Source: Lama guanicoe (Eukaryota). Taken from it: a stretch of 64,000 bases of DNA. Below the pieces are notes generated by a model. The model saw only the letters and a list, made by a program, of their open reading frames with translations, was not told the DNA's origin and did no database searches. Location of the stretch: NCBI GenBank assembly GCA_013239625.1, contig MU053994.1:2981589-3045588 (forward strand), given 5' to 3'. The translations under genes and the position numbers were made by a program. Shown in pieces: positions 26,145 through 39,970 of this stretch (positions within the stretch are counted from its first letter, which is position 1; every line of letters starts with the position of its first letter).

Positions 26145-26916
26145 GTAAGTTCTGTCGTCTTGGTCCTAAGCTAGATGTCATAACCTTCTAAATGCTTATT
26201 AGCAAATCTGTCTGATTATAGTATCATGTCTTTGGTGTATTGTCTTGACCTTGTTTTTCTTTTCTGCTTTTAAAGAAACTTTATAGAGGTTATAGTAATT
26301 TTTTAAATGTAATTTCTAAATTTTATATTTAAAGAAAATTTCAGTACTGTGTATTTTATGAAGTAAATAAGCAGTGTTTAATTTTTCTATTTAGCAAATA
26401 TGAACTTTTCATTTCATGAGACTATTTAAAATGAGACAAATCTCTTACTGTATAAGACTGTACCTTATATTTCTTAAATGAGTTTCTTCACATGCAGTAA
26501 CTCAAGGAAGCAAAAAGTATCATTTTAGGACATTTATTTTTATTCAAAATGAGTTTGGGTATACATGTGATTAAAAGAGTATACTTACTTAAAGGGTGAA
26601 TTTTGTTAAGTGCTACAGTCAGCTCATTCTTGATAGTTAAATAGTTTGTAACCTGAGAAATTGGGTTGGTTTGTTTATTGTGTAAATATTGTTTTGAAGT
26701 GGAGTCTTTTTATTAGAAAATCCAAGTAAATTTTCTGAAGTGTAATGAGATCTTGAATTCTGATGAGTAATTTGACATTATTTTCTTCCCAAAGACATTT
26801 CTTTCTTTAAAAATATATACATATACACACATGCGCATATGTAACTTTACATACATGTTTTTATAAAAACATATCTATATCATTGCTAATACATAATCCT
26901 TTTTTCAACTTTGTAG

Positions 26917-27139
26917 GAATTAATTGATGATTTCATCTTCCCTGCATCCAATGTTTACCTGCAGTATATGAGAAATGGAGAACTGCCAGCTGAACAGGCT
27001 ATTCCAGTCTGTAGTTCACCAGCTACCATTAATGCCGGCTTTGAGTTACTTGTAGCATTAGCTGTTGGCTGTGTAAGGAACCTCAAACAGATAGTAGATT
27101 CTTTGACTGAAATGTATTACATTGGCACAGCAATAACTA
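26917..27139 (+). CDS. USP9X: USP9X coding exon (~30)
   Basis: tgtag|GAA...ACTA|gtaagt; 223 nt; [32 protein letters not shown]...MYYIGTAIT. Confidence 0.95.
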
Positions 27140-27944
27140 GTAAGTTTCAAAATACAACATTCTGATGACAGATAATTCTCTAATGTGTTCAGATTCTGTT
27201 TTCCTTTTTTTCTTTAGGAAACATCTTCAACTCATGTTTTCCTGTCAGTCAGCAACGAGTTTATCATTTAATACCATTACAAGCAAAGAGTTTTAAAGTA
27301 GAAAAATAATCAAATGTTTGTTAAATGTCTTCCTGTATGTAAGTGGTGCAAGTATTTAGCAACAAAATTAATTTCATCTCAGTCAAATCTGGACTGAAAC
27401 CCAAACTCCAAAGTAGAATAGTCAAAATAAATGCCAGAGTTCAAACTTAAAACTCAAATTACATGCATTGGGAAACCTTTCAGGCCCTCACTTAGAAGCT
27501 CTTTAATGTTATTTTCATATAAATTCAAAGAAAATCTTGTTTTAAAGATTGGATTATGAGAAGATAACATTTTAGTTCACTTTTATGTCCTCAGTTAGTG
27601 CTCACATGAAGCCCATGAAATAAACTGTATACTCCAGATCTTACTGATACAGAACTGAGGCTCACAAGGGATGAAGGCAGTATAGAATGGCCAAGACAGT
27701 AGAAATAAGAAGGCAAACACAACGGAGGCTGTTCTGTTTTAGGAGAAAACTACTGTTAGTTTACAAAGCTTAAAAGTATATTTGATTATAGTAAATCTTT
27801 AAGAATGTCATTATTTTTTGATATGTTGTGTTTCAGAATATAGGGACTTTTAAAGTGATTTTATGAGATTCTGATTAAACTGAATGCTTGAAAGGTGAAA
27901 CAGTTAGATATTCTACCAAATCTATATACTGTAAAGTGGGATAT

Positions 27945-28398
27945 TTTGTTCATTTTTTAAAAACAAATCCACACTTTGATCTAGTTAGTTTTGAATAAGT
28001 TTAAATTCTCAAGATACACAGCATCACACAGATTCTTTGTCCAACCGCCTTAGCAGGAAGGTTGCTTTGGAATTCGGCATGAACCAACGCGCTGTTTCCA
28101 TGGGCAAGAGTTACCTTTCCCAAGATGCTTCTGGTATTCAGTTTGCCGCCAGGAGTCACTGTTGTTGTTTGCTCTGTACACATGAGCGCATCTTTTATCC
28201 AAATAGAATTCAGTTTCATCTTGGGCATAAACACCTTCAATTTTAAGAACTGTGTGCTACCTCTGCCTCCTCTTCAGAGGACCCTGCTTATAGCCAGCAA
28301 AAATAGAGCCTTGGACCACAGCCTTCCAGGCCTATTTGCTATTTTAAACCTATTCCCAGCACGCCTCCACAAGCTCCACGATGGGAGAAAGAGAAAGG
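27945..28398 (-). pseudogene. RPL35A: Processed pseudogene of 60S ribosomal protein L35a
   Basis: Minus strand gives GRLWSK...FAGYK...[16 protein letters not shown]...TVTPGGK...[10 protein letters not shown]...[11 protein letters not shown]...RI*; intronless; pyrimidine 5'TOP-like leader; ATG decayed to AGG (28333); frameshifts; A-rich tail near 27945-27958. Confidence 0.92.
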
Positions 28399-29270
28399 CT
28401 GCTTGTTTTTAAGTAGTACATTTGCATGGTGAAAATTTCAAATGCCAAAAGAGGATATATTCTAAAAAATACGTTTCCTGCCCATTCTAGTCCCCTGGTC
28501 CCCTTTGATAGCGTAACCATTATCTTCAGTCCATGTCTGTCCTCCCAGCATCTCTGTATGCAAAATCCACATAAAAAATCTTTATTTCTTTAGTTTTTTA
28601 ACCACGATTGGCATGTAGGACACACAGTGTTCTTCACTTTGTTTTTCCCTTAATATGTCTGCAATTGTTTCCTATTAACATATGAATATATACCTAACTC
28701 CCATTTATTAACTGTATACCTTTCAGCTCAATATAATATAGTTTATTTACAGTCTTACAGTGATGATATTTATGTTGTTTCCAGGTTTATACTAGATAGA
28801 GGGAGATGTGCAGTGATTTACAGTTCTCAAAGCACTCAAATCCACTATTTCGTTTGCTCCTCAAAATAGCATGATTATAGGCAGAGCAAGTGTTACTCTT
28901 ATTACTATATTTATTAGAAAGGAAACAGGCTTACCTGAAGATGAAAGAGTTGGTAAGCATCAGAACCTGGATGTAAACTCAGGTGATACCTTAGGATTAT
29001 TTAAAACTGACTAAGCTATAATATGTTGATGTATTTATATAACATTTCATTCCAGAATGAGTTTGAAGGCCTTTAAAAAAAATACAAGAAAATATACAAA
29101 AGTAGAAAAAGTTAAAGTTCATAATGGCTAAACTATTATACAGTTAAAAGTAAAGTTAACATGTAGGAATTAGCATTGTACTATCTTGTGAGAATCCTTA
29201 TGAACTTAATAGATCCTAAGTGGACAGAATGGTTATATTCATGTTACAAGAATCTTTTATCTTCTTTCAG

Positions 29271-29491
29271 CTTGTGAAGCACTTACTGAGTGGGAGTATC
29301 TGCCACCTGTTGGACCCCGCCCTCCAAAAGGATTTGTGGGACTGAAAAATGCTGGTGCTACTTGTTACATGAATTCTGTGATTCAGCAACTCTACATGAT
29401 ACCCTCCATTAGGAATGGTATTCTTGCAATTGAAGGCACAGGTAGTGATGTAGATGATGATATGTCTGGGGATGAGAAGCAGGACAATGAG
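29271..29491 (+). CDS. USP9X: USP9X coding exon (~31), USP Cys box
   Basis: ttcag|CT...GAG|gtaaat; 221 nt; contains [22 protein letters not shown], catalytic Cys codon TGT at 29363-29365. Confidence 0.97.
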
Positions 29492-30744
29492 GTAAATTTT
29501 ATTTAGCATTTTTGTTTTCTCTGTTTGAAGTTCTAATTCCAGATAACTATTGTTCTCTCTTCAAGAGTATTATACTTTCATTGGACCTATTGACATATAT
29601 TTGAAAATAAAGCTGAATCTCCCAGCGGAGACTGCTACCTCAACATAGCACTCACTGTCTGTCTACCAGACTTTCACCTACAGTTAATATTTATAACAGT
29701 TTATATGTTTTAAAGCAGTAGTTAATGTATTCACTTTTAGGAGGGGAAGTGTTTGGTATAATTTAGAGTTTGTTAAATGATAAGAATCTTCATTTTTAAT
29801 AGTAGTTTAACTTATATTTTCACTTTTCTATTTGATATTTTAATTATGTATTTCCATTAATTTGTGCCAAGTTATAAACTATGCCAGTTTCATTATCAGT
29901 GCTTACTATTAGATTACCTTTATATTTCCCCCAGATCATAACTCTTTTTGCTTAGGAACAAGCTTCTCTCTATTTGACAAAATTTAGGCTGCCTACCGCA
30001 TATCCGATGCAGAATAAAGCTGTGGGAAAGTTAGATTGTAGTGGCAGATCAGAGTTAACATAACTATGGCATGGTCCTTTAAAGAAGAGAATATGGCAAG
30101 ACTTAAGTTGTGATCATGTTTGTATCCACCCGGTATTTCTTTGCTTTTATTTTACCTTTTCCCGTTCATGGTGTTGGAGAGAGCTGAAGAAAGAAGCCAG
30201 AGCATGCTCTAATTGTAGTAAACATCATAAATGGTTGTTTTCTCATTCCCTCTCTTTTAGTCACCAAACTATCAGCTCTGAGGTAGTTTATCGCTTACAG
30301 GACTTCTGAAACAACACTAGCCTCAACTCTCCCCAGGTCTACTGAACTGCATCAGTAAGGGATTGGGATCTGAGCATTTTTGCTTTTTTAAAAAGTTTCG
30401 TAGGCGATGCTTATACCCACAGCTGGTTAAGAACCATTGCACTGGGTAAAAATTCTGATTCTGCAGTCTGTGTCATCTATGGGATGTTGAGTTAAGCTCA
30501 ACATCAGTTAGGGATAGCTAACTGAAAACATGATATAGTTCAAATAATTTGTCTCACCTTTGCTCTCATGGTACCCTCTGCTTTGTGTTGTTCCAGCAAC
30601 CCACTGCACTGTAGGGTGTATTTGGTTTGGTTTTTTGCCTGTGTGCTTTTTTTCCCTTCCCCAGACTAAGTTTCTCATGGGCAGTGCTGGACATTGTCTA
30701 TTTCTATATCAAAGATCTCAAACATAGTTATGCAGCCACCATTT

Positions 30745-31437
30745 TCTTTCCATCTCTGAGTTTGACTATTCTAATTACCTCATATAAGTGGAATCATACT
30801 GTATTTGTCCTTTTGTGATTGGCTTATTTCACTTAACATAATGTCTTTGAGGTTTATCGATTTCATAGTACATGTCAGAATTTCCTTCCTTTTAAAGACT
30901 GAATAATATTCCTTTGAATGTATACCACATTAGTTTATCCATTTATTCATCAGTTAAACATTTGGGTTGCTTACACTTTTTGGCTATTGTGAATAATACT
31001 GCTGTGAACATGGATGTACAAATACCTCTTCGAGACCTTTCTTTCAGTTCTTTTGGGTGTTATACCCAGAAGTGGAATTGCTGGATTTGGTAGTTCTATG
31101 TTTCATTTTTTGAGGAACTGTTTTCTCCAGTGGCTGCACCATTTTACATCACCAACAGTGTGCAAGGGTTGCAGTTTCTTTGCACAAGTCTTTTCTTTCA
31201 TGAGGTCCAGTATGTCTCTTCTTTCACTGCCTGTGTCTTTGGTGTTATATCCAAATCCAATCCAGTGTTGTGAAGCTTTTGCTCTATATTTCAGTAGTTT
31301 CATAGTTTTGGCTTTTACATTCAGATCTTTGATCTGTATTGAGTAGATTTTTGTATATGGTGTTAGGAGAAAGTCCAGCATCATTCCTTTGCATGTGGAT
31401 GCACATCTAGTTTTTCCAGCACCATTTGTTGAAGAGT
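30745..31437 (-). mobile_element. L1 ORF2 end / 3'UTR fragment
   Basis: Minus translation LTPYTKIYSIQIKDLNVKAKTMKLL...HTVGDVKWCSHW resembles L1 ORF2 C-terminus. Confidence 0.82.
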
Positions 31438-31479
31438 ACTGCTATTCTTAATATGTATATTTTATTGAATGTATAGAGT

Positions 31480-31672
31480 TCTGGGCACTTTATATGCATT
31501 ATGTCGTATAATCCTCATAACAGCTACATGAAGAATGTGTTTTCCCCACTTACACATGAGGAAGCTGAAGTTTACAAAGGTTAAGTAACTTACTTGCTCA
31601 AAGTTACTTAGCTTATAAGCGGCAGAACCTGCATTTGTGTCCAGTTTAGTCTTAAGTTAATCACTACACTCT
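31480..31672 (-). mobile_element. MIR fragment
   Basis: taatcctcataacagctac...atgaggaagctgaagtttacaaaggttaagtaact. Confidence 0.65.
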
Positions 31673-31898
31673 ATTCTGGTATATTACGTACTTCTCTGAT
31701 ACATAGAGTTATTCCTTTATGACAAGTCTTATGTGAAATGGTGGACATAAACACTGATACTGTAAATTAAAAGTTAAGTGCTTTGGAAATAAGAAATAGA
31801 AGTACAGATCATTTGTTCACAAACTGGCATTTGTCTCAACATATTTTACTATACTTTAAAGTTAGATGAGCTCATTAATGATATCTTTTGGTTTCTAG

Positions 31899-32089
31899 AG
31901 CAATGTTGATCCCAGAGATGATGTATTTGGATACCCTCAACAGTTTGAAGACAAACCAGCATTAAGTAAAACAGAAGATAGGAAAGAGTACAATATTGGT
32001 GTCCTCAGACACCTTCAGGTCATCTTTGGTCATTTAGCTGCTTCTCGACTACAGTACTATGTGCCCAGAGGATTTTGGAAACAGTTCAG
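31899..32089 (+). CDS. USP9X: USP9X coding exon (~32)
   Basis: tctag|AGC...AG|gtaaac; 191 nt; [20 protein letters not shown]...[11 protein letters not shown](R). Confidence 0.95.
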
Positions 32090-32263
32090 GTAAACTATGG
32101 ATGGATAGTTATAGGGATACTGCTTAAACCTTTATGAGCATCTCAATACACCAATGTTAAATTTCTAAAACCTATGTTGGAAGACACCTTTATGTTTAAC
32201 TTCGTAGTTAGGTTTGTCTTGTCTCCAAAGGAGGTAGAGTATCACAGTAAGAAGCAACATTCT

Positions 32264-32314
32264 TTAGTCTCTTAAGATGTTAAGTCTGTTAAGATGTTTA
32301 GTCTCTTAAGATGT
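32264..32314. repeat. 3 x 17-bp tandem repeat
   Basis: ttagtctcttaagatgt / taagtctgttaagatgt / ttagtctcttaagatgt. Confidence 0.9.
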
Positions 32315-33905
32315 TTTATTTTGAACACTTCTAATATATACATAGTAGGGAGGAAGAGTATTAGCCCTTATGTATTCATCACTCTATTTTAACAGTAGTC
32401 AATACATGACCAGTCTTAATCTACATTCCTATCTACTTCTTCCCCAATTGTTCTGAAGCAAATCTCAAATACATAGTTTCATCCATAAACATTTCACTAT
32501 GTATCGCTAAATTTTTTTAACTTAAACATGATACTATTACATCTTTTTAAAATTCCTTAATATCCTTGTCAGTGTTAAAATTTACCCAGTTACCTCATGA
32601 TTGTTTTTTACTGTGTATTTTTTGAAATCATGATCCAAATGAAGTCCATATATTGCAGATATTGATACAACTCTTTAGTCTCTTCTAATTTTTTTTCACT
32701 CTTGAAATTATTTGGGGGGGAGCTGGGAAAACGTGGTTAACCCTGTAAATTTTTCCATCTAGAGTTTATTGATGGGATCCTTAACGGTATTTTCTGTTTT
32801 CCTCAGTCCCCTGTATTTCCTTTGAATAAGTAGTGAGTTCTAGAGGCTTGATCAGATTTGGGTGTTAGTTTTCTGGAAATGGACAGGCAAGGCTACTTCA
32901 TAGGTGGTAACTATTACCTCAGTGAGAAGTACATAATATGTCTCTCTTCTTATGGTAACAACCATTGATCGTCATTGCCTAAATGCAGCATTTCATTGGT
33001 GTTACAAAATGGCAACATTCTAATTTTATCATCCTTTAATTTATTAGCTAGAATAGATCTATAATGGAAAACTTCCCTATGCCAACTGTCTATTGTAATA
33101 TATAATTTAATAGGAAAGGTGGGCTAAATACCTTGGGGCTTTTTTTTTTTTTAATTAAAAAATCTTCAGTTATATCTTGATCTTGTTTCTCTGGCTTCAT
33201 TTATTTCACCTTTTTAAAAAATCATTGCCTATTATGTCATGCACTGTGCTATAATACCATAGTACAACCACGTATCTACTGTGTATGAAAAGGCTGTAAT
33301 CCTTCATAGCAGTGGGTTTTTTAAATAATACTTCTTAGAATCCCTTCAAGGTATCTCCCAGACAGCTGAGAGAGAGCAGGGGAAGCAAAGGGTCACCTGA
33401 CACTGCCATTCTGGTCCACCTTCCCTGCTTCAATTAGAGCAGCTCCCCTTTTTCCCTGCAAGGATACTGCTTAGATTTCTTTTGAAACCACTGCTTTGTA
33501 GTACAATGACTTCCCTATGACTCACTATATAAATTCCTCCGATTCCTCTATCTAGGCCCCCTACTTAATCCATACTTACTGGCTTGCACGCAGCACCCAG
33601 CTCTACTTTTGCTCTTTTCAATCCCATCACCTGGCACACCCCTTCTCTTCCTCTGTGACTATTCCAGTTCTCTTTCCTTCTCCAGCTTGTCCTGTCTCTG
33701 CCATAAGGCTTTTAGTATTTCTGTTCTTCCTCTTCCAAATTACTCTCAAGCTTTTTGAGCTTTTCTCTGAAAATTTGTCATTCAATTACATATAGTTTTC
33801 TCTTTTCTTATATTGCATTTTTGACTTCTCAGTTACTCTCTATGCTAGTGGAGCTCGCATAATCATCTAGACCAACACTTTTGGATTATCCACACTTTAG
33901 ACATG

Positions 33906-33957
33906 TAATATACTCTTGATACCTGTGGGTTTAATATACTCTTGATACATGTGGGTT
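33906..33957. repeat. 2 x 26-bp tandem duplication
   Basis: taatatactcttgatac(c/a)tgtgggtt twice, one mismatch. Confidence 0.9.
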
Positions 33958-35429
33958 AGTTAACCACATTTCCTAGCTGCAGTTTTTAATGTTGAAAAAT
34001 TTCAAACCAACAGAAAAGTTGAAGTAGTATAATTACCACTTTTGTTATATACTCTTTACCTAGGTTTACCAGTTGTTAACATTTTGCCATATTTGCTTGT
34101 TATACTTTGTTTTTGTTTTTTGTTTTTTCTAATCAAATTGATAGTAAATTGCAAATAAGACACTATACATGCTTGAACATGTATCCTCTAAGAATAAGTT
34201 TTCCTACTTAATATTTAATACAATTATCACATCTGTGAAATTTTAATATTGATTTAATAATGTCTAATATTCTAATAATCATCAGTGTGTATTCCAATTT
34301 CCCCAAAATATTCTTTATAACTTTTTCCCCAATTCCAGACTGGTATCCTAGAAGGAATCACAAGAATTTGGTTGTTACTGCTTTAGTCATCTCTAAAATA
34401 ATCTCCCTAACTTTTCATGTCCTTAATGGTAATGGTGTTTTTGAAGAATCTAGGCCAGTTGTCTTACAGCGTGTGTCTGACTTCCTTGATCTGTATGATT
34501 ATCTCCCCATGATTAGATTCAGGTTAAACTTTCTGGCAAGGAAACTGTAGGTGATGTTACTATATGCTTCTCATTGCATTGCGTTGCAAGGCATATAGTA
34601 TCAGTTTACCTGATTATTGGTGGTCTTAGTTTTGATCCCTTGGTGTCTTAACAGATCTCTCCATTATAAAGGTACCTTTTAACAAATGATAATATATTTG
34701 ATTTTAAACTTACTATATGCAAATTTAACAGCTGAAAAAGAAGTGAGATGAGATTTTTTGTTGCGTAGTAAAAGTTAACAGAAGGATTTATTAAAAGACC
34801 GTTTGTTCCTCTAGCATACTTAAAATACATTTGTCATATCTCACTTAAAATGAATTTACTTATATTCTCTATATGACTCTATAAATAAAGAACTGGATGT
34901 CATTGATAGTTTCTAGCAGTGCCTAGGTTTTATTAGTATCATTTCGCATATTGTGGTACACACAATTGATAGTTTGTTTTCTTGGGATTGATTTGCCTAA
35001 TTTAAGTGTAACCTGAAATTTAGGCAAAATGAAAGAAATAGTAGTAATTACAACATCTACATAAAAGTGAGATCAACCACCCCATTTTAATTGCATCTTC
35101 AGTTGAATTCAAAATGCATGTGTATACCATATTACCTACAGCAACCATCCTTCTTGGAGCCAAACTGTCCATCAGCCACACCAGTCGTTTGATGGTATTT
35201 CTTCCTTACTGAACTACCACTTTGACTATGAGTCTCACTTTCTCTCCCTCAGCACCTGAAACATAAAGAGTGGTTGGTTTTTTTCTACTTCCTCACGTAG
35301 CTGAAGAATAAAATTGCATTTTACATACTGTCATTTGCTGTTGTATTGCTTTTTTCCTGAAAATATATATTGTATATGTTGTTCTCAGAGTGTTGCACAT
35401 TACATATTTTTACTCCATTCATTTCTTAG

Positions 35430-35603
35430 GCTTTGGGGTGAGCCTGTTAACCTGCGTGAACAACATGATGCTTTAGAATTTTTTAATTCATTGGTGGATA
35501 GTTTAGATGAAGCTTTGAAAGCCTTGGGACATCCAGCTATGCTAAGTAAAGTCTTAGGAGGTTCCTTTGCTGATCAGAAGATTTGCCAAGGCTGCCCACA
35601 TAG
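35430..35603 (+). CDS. USP9X: USP9X coding exon (~33)
   Basis: cttag|G...AG|gtaggt; 174 nt; [23 protein letters not shown]...[10 protein letters not shown](R); QHDAxEF motif and first CxxC. Confidence 0.96.
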
Positions 35604-36744
35604 GTAGGTGCTAACGTACTGTTTATTTTTACTAGTAGTTTTGTACAAAAGTGGAGTATGAGTATTCTACCGAAATTATTAAATACCTGAGACTGGATGA
35701 GTTACATATTGTGCATACCTTACTACTGTGGGGTTTTGTTTGTTTTTGTCAGATTACATTAGTAGATTCCTTTAACTCTACCTAAGCTCTTACTATTTCA
35801 TACTTCTGCATGCTTTTATGTATGATCATGCCTAGGAAAATAAAATGGCATTTTGCATATAGCTACAGTGGTTAATTATAAATTTGCCCTCTTAGAATTA
35901 AAATATCTATAATGTTAAATACATTAAGTTTAGACGATAACAGACATGGAGCACTGTTTCCTATACAAATGAAATACTGACTTTTTGAAAATGCATTGAT
36001 TGTCACCGTCTTTAAGGTATGTTTTCCACACAGAACATTTACAGCAAGAGTTGGCTAAACAAATTGGTTTTTGCTTAAAAGGGAAGTTGTTTGATTAAGG
36101 GCTGTTACTGAGAATACTTAAATAACTATTAGAGTTCGTTACTGATAAATACTTGTTTATCTCTATTATATGGAAGTTTTACTTTGGAACGTCTCTTGTA
36201 TGTTGTCAATGTTAGTTTGAAATCTCTTCTCACCAAAATATCATAAGATAGTATTTTCTACAAGTCCAAAACAGCATTATATATAGTCATAGGTTATGTG
36301 TGTATATGGTTGGTGGAGGTGCTTCATTTTTTAACATAGGGAAGTGATAGTGGGAAAAGCAATACTATATAAATGTTAAACCATTCAGTCCGAATGAGGC
36401 CATAAAATTATTCACATAGCTGGGACAACTTTTGATCCTTTTGAAAGACCTTTTGCATTAGGTGAACAATAAAACTGTCACTTTAACCTCTTGTTTTCAA
36501 TTACTGGTAAAAAAAAAAATTAGTATCATCTATTCTTGTCAGTCTTTCTAGGTTTGTTCTAGACAGTTTTCAAAATTATTTGGAAATTACTGGTTTTCTT
36601 TGCCAAGTGAAAATGTCCAGAGAACATGATCTTAAAGATCCCTAAAGTTCAAATACCTACTGCACAATTAAACTACTACTGTTATATGCCAGAAGGTTAC
36701 ATAAAGAGCCCTAAGACAGTCTGTTTTAGGGTATTTGTCCAGAA

Positions 36745-36956
36745 CATGGGTTAACAAACTATGGACCATAGGTCAAATCCAGCCCTGCATCTGCTTTTAT
36801 GAAGTTATATTGGCACATTCCCACTCTCTTACCTACTGTCTGACTGCTTTAGTTATAACAGCAGAGTTCAGTAGTTGCCACAGGAACCTCATGGCCCAAA
36901 AAGACCATGTAATATTTACTATCTAGCCTTTTATAGAAAAACTTTGCCAACTTTGC
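36745..36956. mobile_element. hAT-Charlie MITE (MER58A-like)
   Basis: catgggttaacaaactatggacc...tatttactatctagcctt...tttgccaactttg; shorter relative of the 7319 element. Confidence 0.7.
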
Positions 36957-37878
36957 ATCTTAGAATGTCCTAGTTTTTAACTGGAATCATAAAATCTAAC
37001 TTTTCTGTGGGTTCCCCAGTTATAGTAGCAACTTGCTTAATACTTCATATTCAATTCATGTCATTTATAAATGCCTTTATTCCTTAAATTGAAAAGCCCT
37101 AAACATGAAGGACTGTCCTAAACATTGACTATCACATAGTGCTTTAAACAGGGTAGGTACTCAAGATATTTGTTGAATGAATGAATTTAGTGATTGAGAA
37201 TGAATCCCCCACATCCCATGTTCTAAATTTATGAATATATCTCATCAGAAATCTGAAAATTCCTTCAGTAGAAAATTGCCACGAGTTGGGATTCTGGCCC
37301 CTATTCAGATTGCTTATCCCCTATTCATTTGTGTGTTCAAACTTGTACTTTAGTAAGGTTTCCATTACAGAAGAGGAGAAACATTTAAAAATTCAGCTCA
37401 TTAATAATTTAAAATACCCTTTTCAGAACTTGATGAATTCATGCTTTGGCCTTGGCATGAATTACTATCTAAACAGATGACGGTGGAATCGGTATGGTAC
37501 ACCATGAAGCAGTTGCACTGTGAAACCAGACAGGCCTGGCTTCATAACACCATTTTCCTAGTAATCTTGACCAAATTAACATTCTGAACCCCACTTCTCT
37601 CATCTCTGACGTGGAGATGGTGGCATTTCTCTAGCAGGTTTGTTGTGAAGGTAAAGAACCTGTTTTATGTAGTGTGTAAACAATCTAATGTCATGGCCAG
37701 GAGAGGGTAAGTCACCCATAAATAACTGTCATTTATCGGTAACATTCTATGACTTACAAGTTATGGGTTATATTACAAATACTGCAAAAGTAGTTTTCAT
37801 TGAGTCCATAACTAAATATGATGTTTAGAAAACTAAGGAATAAATTCTCTTTAATCATTTCTTAAATAATATCTTCAG

Positions 37879-38020
37879 ATACGAGTGTGAAGAATCTTTT
37901 ACGACTTTGAATGTAGACATTAGAAATCACCAAAATCTTCTCGATTCTTTGGAACAATATGTCAAAGGAGATTTATTAGAAGGTGCAAATGCTTATCATT
38001 GTGAAAAATGCAATAAAAAG
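37879..38020 (+). CDS. USP9X: USP9X coding exon (~34)
   Basis: ttcag|A...AAG|gtatgg; 142 nt; [47 protein letters not shown]; second CxxC. Confidence 0.96.
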
Positions 38021-39216
38021 GTATGGATTGCCCTATTTTGTTTAAAATAATTATGATTACATGTAATGGGTTTGGGAAAAGCTGATTGTTTTTCTTTGTT
38101 CTCAAAATTCACCCTCTTTATTCCCTACCCTGCTTTGTGTTACAGTGGTAGCGAAGAGGTAGTTAAGATAACTGACTTAAAGGTTTGTCAGTGAAAGATG
38201 ATTAAGAGAAAGTGCCAGAAGGGCTGGGGAAAACAGGTGAAGATAAGAGTGAATCACTTTAGAAGTCATAATAGCTTAATACTACATTCTCTTATCTGAG
38301 TTACACAGACAGTTTTCATCCATACCCAACTAAACTGCTATTGAAATCCTCAAAGCTACAGAGCTGATGGAGGAATGCATTTCTCCTCTCATGTCCAGAG
38401 TTACTAGTCAAGACCAGGAGGTCTGAAACCATTCATTTATTTAGCCACAAAAGAGCTCTTCTACCACCTGTGTTTTTAAACTACTTGAATCAGATTTTTA
38501 GACTAACCTGGTTAGTTTTTTGTCTGCGGGCACTTAACTCTTTGGAAGAGACAATTTACATATACATGTGATAAATAATGTGTATTTTTTCTGGGCTCCC
38601 AAGCCCTCTGACCTCTGAGTCACCTGTGTTGTTTTGACCTTACATACCACTTAGAGAGGTATTAAAGTCTAGAGGTTGAGATCATGAGCTGTAAAGCCAT
38701 ACTGCCTGCCACTCACAGCTCCAAGAATTGAGGCAAGTTACTTAATCTCTCTGCTACTCGTAATTCCATCCTTAAGATTCAGTAGTAAACATGTTACTAC
38801 TTGGGCAGCACTTAGCATATAACTTCCGTACCTAATTGCCCAGTAAGTATTAGTTGCTGTTACCTTTCTATAGTTTGCTCACAGCAAACCACACCTTCAT
38901 TAAAATAACAGTAAATATCAAACAAGTAGTAATGGTTAGCTAATAGTGACAGTACAGAAACCAGGCAGTGAATGTCTGTGTCACTGATGGTTGCAATTTA
39001 TAACAAATGGCATCAGCTATTTCCATATTAGATTTAGTTCACATTTTTTAAAATATCACCTGACAGAATTGCTCTGATTATGTTCATTATCATACATTTG
39101 TTTACACTTAAAATTTCAGATTAATCTTGAGAACTGAATAATAGAGTTTTAAAGTTTTGGGAGGTTTTGCAATAGATTGTAAGAGAACATCTAGTAATTT
39201 GCTCTGTTTATTTTAG

Positions 39217-39970
39217 GTTGATACCGTAAAGCGCTTGCTTATTAAAAAATTACCTCCTGTGCTTGCTATCCAACTAAAACGATTTGACTACGACTGGGAA
39301 AGAGAATGTGCAATCAAGTTTAATGATTACTTTGAATTTCCTCGAGAGCTTGACATGGAACCTTACACAGTTGCAGGTGTTGCAAAGCTGGAAGGAGATA
39401 ACGTAAACCCAGAGAGTCAGTTGATACAACAGAATGAGCAGTCTGACAGTGAGACAGCAGGAAGCACGAAATACAGACTCGTAGGGGTGCTTGTACACAG
39501 TGGACAAGCAAGCGGGGGACATTATTATTCTTATATCATTCAAAGGAATGGAGGCGATGGTGAGAGAAATCGCTGGTATAAATTTGATGATGGAGATGTA
39601 ACAGAGTGTAAAATGGATGACGATGAAGAAATGAAAAACCAGTGTTTTGGTGGAGAGTACATGGGAGAAGTATTCGATCACATGATGAAGCGTATGTCAT
39701 ACAGGCGCCAGAAAAGGTGGTGGAATGCTTATATACTTTTTTATGAACGATTGGACACAATAGACCAAGGTGATGAGTTGATAAGATACATATCAGAGCT
39801 TGCTATCACGACAAGACCCCACCAGATTATTATGCCATCTGCCATTGAGAGAAGTGTACGGAAACAGAATGTACAATTCATGCATAACCGAATGCAGTAC
39901 AGTATGGAATATTTTCAGTTTATGAAAAAACTGCTTACGTGTAATGGTGTCTACTTAAATCCTCCTCCAG
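39217..39970 (+). CDS. USP9X: USP9X coding exon (~35), USP His box
   Basis: tttag|GTT...CCAG|gtaagt; 754 nt; [34 protein letters not shown] (His CAT 39520-39522), [14 protein letters not shown]. Confidence 0.98.

Noticed and set aside
28001..28240. 79-aa minus-strand ORF as a functional retrogene
   Set aside because: Starts at a non-ATG codon, the N-terminal part is out of frame with RPL35A, and the true start is lost.
30279..30300. let-7-like miRNA (TGAGGTAG)
   Set aside because: Only the first 8-9 nt match and there is no pre-miRNA-length hairpin.
32264..32314. CRISPR-like or functional repeat array
   Set aside because: Three abutting 17-mers with no spacers in a mammalian intron; ordinary slippage repeat.
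39274..39760. Antisense ORFs (135, 63 and 74 aa) over the large catalytic exon
   Set aside because: Shadow ORFs of the coding strand with no recognisable protein.
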